Source: the human T2T-CHM13v2.0 reference genome, Homo sapiens
Direction: 5' to 3' (one strand)
Assembly: GCF_009914755.1 (NCBI RefSeq)
Contig: NC_060927.1
Length of the DNA stretch: 64,000 nt
In this document: positions 56,070-64,000 of the stretch, in pieces
Position numbering within the stretch: the stretch's first letter is position 1
Layout: each line of letters opens with the position of its first letter
Position numbers and translations under genes: made by a program
Notes under the pieces: model-generated
Seen by the model: only the letters and a program-made list of their open reading frames with translations
Databases searched by the model: none
Told to the model about the DNA's origin: nothing

Positions 56070-56138
56070 TCAGTCTCTGGCCGTGGTCTATAAGAAAGGG
56101 CTACCAGCTAAGTGAGAGCACTAGAATAACAGATATAT

Positions 56139-56489
56139 CCAGTGCTATGCTGGTAAATATTTAAAAAACGGCTCTTGCAGGGGGAGATAAAGCAATCTGT
56201 AGTTTTTGCCAATTTCTGTGGTGTAAATACTCTCACCAAAGCCTATTTATTTTATTTAATTAATTAATTTATTTATTTTTTAGATGGAGTGTTGCTCTTG
56301 CTGCCCAGGCTGGAGTGTAATGGTGCGATCTCGACTCACCACAACTGCGCCCGGCCCCTTTGGGAGCCACCGCGCCCGGCCCCCAAAGCCTATTTAAAGC
56401 TACTAACATGATATCACCAAAACGGAAATTGGAAAGGATGCACACAATTGGCTCTGGTGAGCCAGGGGAGCCCTCTAGCACAGCACTGG
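56139..56489. mobile_element. MER63-like hAT element containing a collapsed Alu
   Basis: TIRs ccagtgctatgct and agcacagcactgg. Confidence 0.75.
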
Positions 56490-59400
56490 AAATGAAGCTT
56501 GTTGCTTGTAGCAGCTCTTAACTGGATGTTGGTCTGTTGTGATATCTAAGGACACTGACAGGCCACTACGAAGGCATGCTGCTGAACCCACTCCACTCAC
56601 CCAGTTATTCAGAGGCAGATCTTACAGCTGACATTCTTCAAAGAAGAACCTCAGCTTCAGGCTTTGGAAGAAACTCATTTTGCAGATTAGGAAACTGAGG
56701 TCCAGAGCTGTTCTCCTTGAGCTGCATGTGAGGGCTGGTGTCATTATGCTTTACATAATCAGTAAGAAATTCTGAAACCAGACAGTAACTGCTGTGTGAG
56801 AAGGTAGTCGAAAACAGTCAACTCCATTACAGTGCAGCAGACACAGGGAAACGTCCTTCAAGGGTAATGTGGTCAAAGGAAAGACAGAAAAGACATCTGG
56901 ATGCCTACAAGTTGTGTGTGCACACGCTTGCACACATGTGAGTGGGCAGATGTCAGGAAGCACTCATAAATGCCACCTCCTGTGTACTGTCAATAGAGTA
57001 AGAAGCCCCAGGCGTCTTAATTAAAGGAACAAAAAATTAGTGTGTGGATTTTAACCAATTAATGAATGACACACATGAAGGAGAGGCTCATACTCTTCTT
57101 CTTCTTTTTTTGTTTTTGTTTATTATTATTATTATTTGTTTTTTGTGAGATGGTGTCTCGATCTGTCACCCAGGCTGGAGTGCAGTGGTGCAATCTCAGC
57201 TCACTGCAACCTCTGCCTCAAACAATTCTCGTGCCTCAGCCTCCCGAGTAGCTGAGATTACAGGTACCCACCACAATGCCCAGCTAATTTTTGTATTTCT
57301 AGTAGAGACGGGGTTTTACCATGTTGGCCAGGCTGCTCTCGAACTCCTGACCTCAAGTGATCCGCCCGCCTCGGCCTCCCAAAGTGCTGGGATTACAGGC
57401 ATAGCCACTGCACCAGGCCCACTCTTCTTTCAAGCAGTTTTTTTTCTTTTCTCTTTTTAATGGTTAAAACTTTTAATTTTGCTACCTCCTCATCTCAGCA
57501 AGTGAATTATGTATTTAATTGGAAATCAAGTCTTTGTCTAAAAACTGTACTTTCATGCTGGTTTCCTCCAGACTAATAAAACACTGTTTATCAGTCTAAG
57601 CCTCAAGTAGGTCTCTCATGTACCTGTCTTCCTCTTCTCTGTCTACCACCTCCCTCACTCTCATCTGAAAAGTCATGAACCAGCCCACCTAGTGAGTTCC
57701 TTTGACATCAGGGCTAACACGGCCTGGGTAAACTTCAGCAATGTTGGCTTTCTTCCTGGCTTTTTCTGCTTGAAAAGAAGTCTCTTTCAGCAAGTCAGGG
57801 CAGTGTTTTCTGTTTATGAGGTGCTTTTCTTCTGGGTGGCAGATATGTCTTCTATTTACCAACCATTCACTTATCACTAACCAGCATCCTTGGCAGTTCT
57901 TAGAAACTTTCAGGTGGCAAGTACTTGTTTTTTTTTTTTAATTTTATTGATATAAGATCACGGGATCTTCCTGCCTTAGTCGCCTAAGTAGCATGCACCA
58001 ACCACATCTGATTTTTTTTTTCTTTTTTTTTTTTGTAGAGAGAGTGTCTCACTATGTTGCCCAGGCTGGTCTCAAATTCCTGGCCTCAAGCAATCTTCCC
58101 ACTTCAGCCTCCCAAAGTGCTGGGACTACAGGCACATGCCACCATGCCCAGCCGCAAGTGTTTATCCCCATTCCATAGGGGGTGAAACTGAGGCACAAAA
58201 AGAGGAAATCACCATCAGGATATGCCACTGCAGAGAGATATAAGATGAGAGTAATTCAGCTTCATGGGTTATTTTCAAAAAGTAAGGAAGAAACTGCAAC
58301 AAGAACTGAATCACGCTTTACTACAGCATTGCCTTCTACTTCCTCCACCAGCCAACTGGGAGATGAACTTTTATGAGGAGCAGTATTGATGGATTTAAGT
58401 TTTCAATTTTATGTCATTTTGTGCTTTCTGGAGGCGGTACAGTGAGCTTGGAAGTAAGTGATATGGTGGGAAGGTGGGAAGGTGGAAACAGGGAAGGTAA
58501 AATGAGAGGCTTGTAGGATCCAGACCTGGGATAATCAAACTAAGAAAAATCAATCTGGTGGAGGTTACACAGAGACTCTGGGAAATGACACCTCAGCTGC
58601 TCACAGCTCACTGGAAAACTGTAGGAACAGCCCTTTCTACGTCAGGGCTGGCGGGTAGAGAACTCTGGCCTGATGCTATGTTTTTATATAGTTTTATAAT
58701 TATATAAACAAATACACAAACACACATATACATATACACAGTACACATATATATGTGCTATAAACATATAAATGCACAAATGATACATAATTATGTAATT
58801 ATAATTGAGTTACAAGAACCCACTATGATAGAGTGTTTTCAAAATCAGCCTTCATTTTAATATAGAGAAAACTCTTGGCCATAAAAACATGCTTTGTTTT
58901 GTTCCCAAAGGGGTATGTCATTTTGTTCTGCCTTTGCTAAATAAGAGTTGAAAACTGTTGAAACGTTTCTCGTTGGCTAAGCTGGAGAGAACCAATACAA
59001 ATCAACAGAGACTTTTACGTCTTCAGAATTGAGATCTGCTGAGGTTTATGTGGGAAGTGGGAAAGGTTTGTGAACATGTTTATGATTCCATCAAATCCAG
59101 TCGGCCACAGCTCCACATTAGGGGCACAATCAAAATTACGCAAACAGCTAAGTTTCTATCCCTTGGAAATCATGATATTGATTTCTATCCCTTGGAAATG
59201 ATCATATTTCCAATACTTAGAACTCACTGCTTGGGTCCACAGCAGCCTACAGTCAAAAGCTTATCAGATAAAGTCATTTTCACAGGGTATTAGGGCTGGG
59301 AAGATGGTTAGGCCAATCCCTTCACTTCATAAACAAGGATGCTGCATCCCAGAGAAGTGATTTGTTCAAAGGCAAACAACAGTATTTAGGATGAGAAGCC

Positions 59401-60664
59401 ACATCTTCTGAGTCTCCAGATCCCTGAACCTTCTTCCCACCCCAGTGTCTCTGTTGGTGGCATCCACCCCAGTCAATCCATTAACAGACAGGAACTAGCA
59501 CAGGTGTTCCAGCACTGGGCCAAGCCCCTCAGGAGGACCGAGTGTTTTTGATGTCTAGCTCTGAACAGGCGCTGAGAGCTCCAAACTTGTGTATGACACA
59601 CAGTTTCTTCCTTACTGGAGCTCCCAGGCTAGTGAGGGTCCCATGGAACTAAACAACAGGTGAGTATGGAATGGGGTGAAATCATTCCAGAAGAACAGAC
59701 AGCATACGATGGGAGCTCAGAGGAAAGGCTATACCTAGCCTTGAGGGAGGGTGTAGGAACCAGAAGGAAAAGTAGGCATCATCCAAGTAAAGAAGAGGAC
59801 AAAAGACAGTGATCCTGCAGAGAAAACACCATCGAGCAAAGTTGGGAGGCAACCGAAGCGGGTAAGCAGGTTCGGTCTGGGCAATCCCAGGGAAGCCGAA
59901 GGAGACAAATCCAGCGCCAGACTATGCAGAGACAAATTTCGGTAACTCTACGTGGGGCTGCAATGAGCATGCGGTCACAGCAAACACATGCTTGGGCCAA
60001 AAAGTCCTAAGTGGCACCAGGACCCAGGCAGGAATGAACAGATAAGGAGAGAACCAGAAGAAGAGAGCCTTCCAGACAGCACGTGAGCAAAATTGCCCGG
60101 CTAAGATCTGAAGAGGCAGACACAGTCACTGAGATCATTCCCTGGGCTCTTCTTGTCCACTGGAGCGACATGTGGTCTGAAGACTAAGGTAGCTTGATCT
60201 ATCAATCAGCCAACAACAGTCTTGTTTCTGTTGAGTTGTAAGCTTTCTAGGACTGCAACTAGACAAGTGGGGAGGTCAGAGTCTAAATTACAACTAATTC
60301 CTAATAGGTTTTATAACTGCTATCCCTTTTTTCCCTCTCTCCCTGCACCTAGGTTTTTGCCCTGGTAGAGGTGGAGACGATATAGCCCAGAAGTTCAGAC
60401 TGGAGTCAAAGGTTCCGAGTTCAAAGCCCACCCAGCTACTTATTAACTGAATGACCCTTAGCGAAGTTGCTTTAACTTTCCTGATTCAGCTCCTTCATCT
60501 AAACTCTCAGAATTGTTAGATCAGGTAAGAATGCAGAAGTTGCTTTCAACATGGCACCTGGCACTAGGAAGGGTTCTGTGAGTGACAGTGTTCTAGTGTT
60601 CTAATTAAAAGGCAAGGTAGGCCAGATTTTAAAGGAATCCCCATATCACAGTCTGGACTTTGTT

Positions 60665-61190
60665 TGGTGCATTGTATTTCCCAAAAAGGAATGCATCAGA
60701 ATCTTGCCTATATGCTTTCCTTATGGTGTGACTTTGACACTCCTCCCATTGAAAGACGGAATTCTGTATTTCCTCCCCCTTGATAGTCATGCTTCTGAAC
60801 ATGGTGACAGTGATAGTTTGTGACTGCTGAAACCAGATCATAGCATGCCTTTCTTAGGAATGCTTGCTCTTGGAAGCCAGCCACCATGCTGTGAGGAAGA
60901 GCAAGCAACACATGGAGAGGCCACTGTTCCAGCCAACAGCCCCAGCTGAGGTCCCAGCTGACAGGCCGCATCAAATCGCCAAGGATGTGAACAAGTAAGC
61001 CTTTAGATGTCAATTCACCCCAGCTTTTGAATATTCCCAGCAGAGGCCTCAGACATAACAGGGCCAAGACAAACCATCCCACTGTACCCTTTCCAAATTC
61101 CTGACCCACAGAATCTGTGAGTCTGATAATATGGTGGTTATTTTATGCCACTTTGTTTGGGTTTGTTACATAGCAACAGATAATCAATAT
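60665..61190 (+). mobile_element. MLT1F/G/H-type MaLR LTR
   Basis: tgtgactttgacactcctcccatt, ccagccaccatgctgtgaggaag, aattcctgacccacagaatctgtgag, tttgttacatagcaacagataa. Confidence 0.85.
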
Positions 61191-61563
61191 AATTGTTTTA
61201 AGGCAACAGATGGCCATGGAAAGGTTTGAAAGTGGTGAAAAAGCAAGATGTACGCTTCCAGAAGGCTAACCTGATTGCAGTGGGCTGAGGTTGTCGGCAG
61301 GGGACTCAGTAGGAGAGCACTGATACTATGTGATGCAAACCTGAATATTAGGGCAGGTGGAGGGTGTTAAAGGTCACAAATTAGATGTGGGGGGTCGACA
61401 AAAAGAAAGAACTTCAAATGACACCAAGGTTTGAACTACTAGCGGAACTTGACATAATTAGGTTCATCCAGAAGGGACTAATATTGTTTTTTTCTGGTGG
61501 ATAGTCGGGGTAGAGGAGAGGAGGTAAATTCCATTCTAAATACATGGAATTTGCATGATGTCA

Positions 61564-61725
<162 letters not shown>

Positions 61726-62762
61726 CTATAAAAATTTTTTTAAAAAATTAGTCGGGCATGTGTGCTTGTAGTCCCAGTTACTTGGGAGGCTGAGGATCAC
61801 CTGAGCCCAGGAAGTTGAAGCTACAGTAAGCCATGAACATGCCACTGCACTACAGCCTGCACATCAGGGTGAAACTGTCAAAAAATAAATTAATAAATTA
61901 ATTACTTAATCCAGGACTAGAAGCTGAACACTGGTGTTGGTTAAAACCTTGAAAATGGATGAGATCACCTCTCAGATCATGCCTGTATTTAGGAGAACAG
62001 GTGAGCGGGACCAGGGTTAGCCAGTCACAGATGCAGAATTCTGAGAGTATAATTTCACGAACAAGTTTTGGAAAGGTGCGATCATCATTAGTGCCAAATG
62101 CTACAGAGAGGTGAAAGAGAAGAAAGATTGAGAAAAGGGACTGGAACCCAACAGGTAATAAGGAATGGACCCAGGGTCAGAGGAGGAATGGACCCACGGT
62201 CAGAGGAGGGCCTCTCCATCCCTGACCAAAAATGAAACAAGACACACAAACTGGGGAATGAATGAAATTACAAACCCTGCTGGGTACACATCAGAATGTT
62301 TTCAGTCTCCATTCAGATGGAAATTTCCTGTGGGTCTGGAAGCGGGAAGCAGTAGGAACTGCTAAAATGAGATGGTGAAATGCACATTCCTAAAGGTATA
62401 AAGTGGGCACAGGAACACCTGCCACTTATCTACCTCACAAAGATAAAACACAAATTAGATTCCTATAAAGTGCTTTGAGTTCTCTGCCATTGTAATAGAC
62501 CCAATACCTATCTTTCAGCCTTCAGAGAACAGTTCTTAACATTTGCTGAACTCTCCAGCATTCCTGGGAGGTAGATATTATCGTTGGATGAGGAAACAAA
62601 GGCCACACAGCAAGTCAAAAGCCAAGGCAAGATTAGAACAGGGCCTGCCTTCTGTGTGGGGAAGTCCAGTTGGCTAGATTCCTTTTGTGTCACTAACAGG
62701 TTCTTTGATCTGTAATACAGAAGAGGCTTGTTTCTGGGGAGGCTGTGAAAATAGATACATTA

Positions 62763-63235
<473 letters not shown>

Positions 63236-64000
63236 TTAGTCTGGGCAGATCCAGAGGCTGTGGGGAGGGGCCTCACAGAGCGGGCTATGCACCAGCCTTA
63301 GCCTCCTCACTTGGGGCAGACACAGCATGAACATGGCTGGCTTGGACTGAGGCTCTTGGCCTCAAAGACAGAACAGTAATTGGATTACTCACAGGTTGAA
63401 CAGGTGAACAAAAAGGTAGTGCTGTGGATGAGAACACCTCAGGGGGCCCCAGAAACAGTGAAGAGGAAGAGTAATGGTTTTGTGAAAAAGACTTTACTTG
63501 AAATCCCTGGAGAAGCAGTAGCATCATAATCCTTCCTCTTCCTATATTTACTTTTTTCCTAAAAATTCAATTTCTTAATAAAACTAAAAATGCAATCATG
63601 ACACTGTTTGAATATTATAAATTAGATGGAGTGGAGGATAAACAAAGTTGGCACAGGGAAGGCAAGAGGCATTTACTGAATGTCTATCATATGCCCTCTC
63701 AATATTTAGAATCCCCTCATGAGATACTGGCAGCCCATTTTACACAGACTAAACAGAGACTTAGAAAGGATAAATCTTTTACCCAAGGCCATGCAGCTAG
63801 TCTATGATGGAGCCAGGATTCCAGCCCTGACATGCCTCATTCCAGAGCTCTTGTTCTTTTCTGTATACTGCACTACCTACATCTCAACAGTCGTGAGTTC
63901 AACATTAATCAGGTCTGAACTAATGAGATTTACTATAATGCCCCGGAGATGACTGTACCCTACAGCTGGAGAATGCATAGGGAGGGGCACTTCCGTTACG

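Overview
Human genomic DNA from the middle of IGF2BP2 (IMP2), which is transcribed on the minus strand. The species call rests on the protein sequence and an AluYa5 insertion. Eight coding exons were reconstructed by hand (canonical exons 3-10, 961 nt). All have AG/GT boundaries and join in one continuous frame: RRM2, KH1, KH2 and the Pro-rich KH2-KH3 linker. Positions 34261-64000 are the 3' part of the large intron 2 and 1-8421 are intron 10. Intron 2 contains a plus-strand spliced unit with a 143-codon ORF that the ORF track misses, consistent with IGF2BP2-AS1/C3orf65. The rest is repeat-dense: about 40 Alu elements or fragments, a ~7.5 kb old L1 with an internal inversion, MaLR LTRs, DNA transposon fossils and simple repeats. 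I found no wholly new biological system that I can support. The best leads are the antisense ORF, an AluYa5 beside the exon 6 branch point, a possible stop-free exon 6 circle, a minisatellite built from its own inverted flank, the L1 inversion and a 39-bp array. Repeat subfamily calls are by eye and their ends are approximate.
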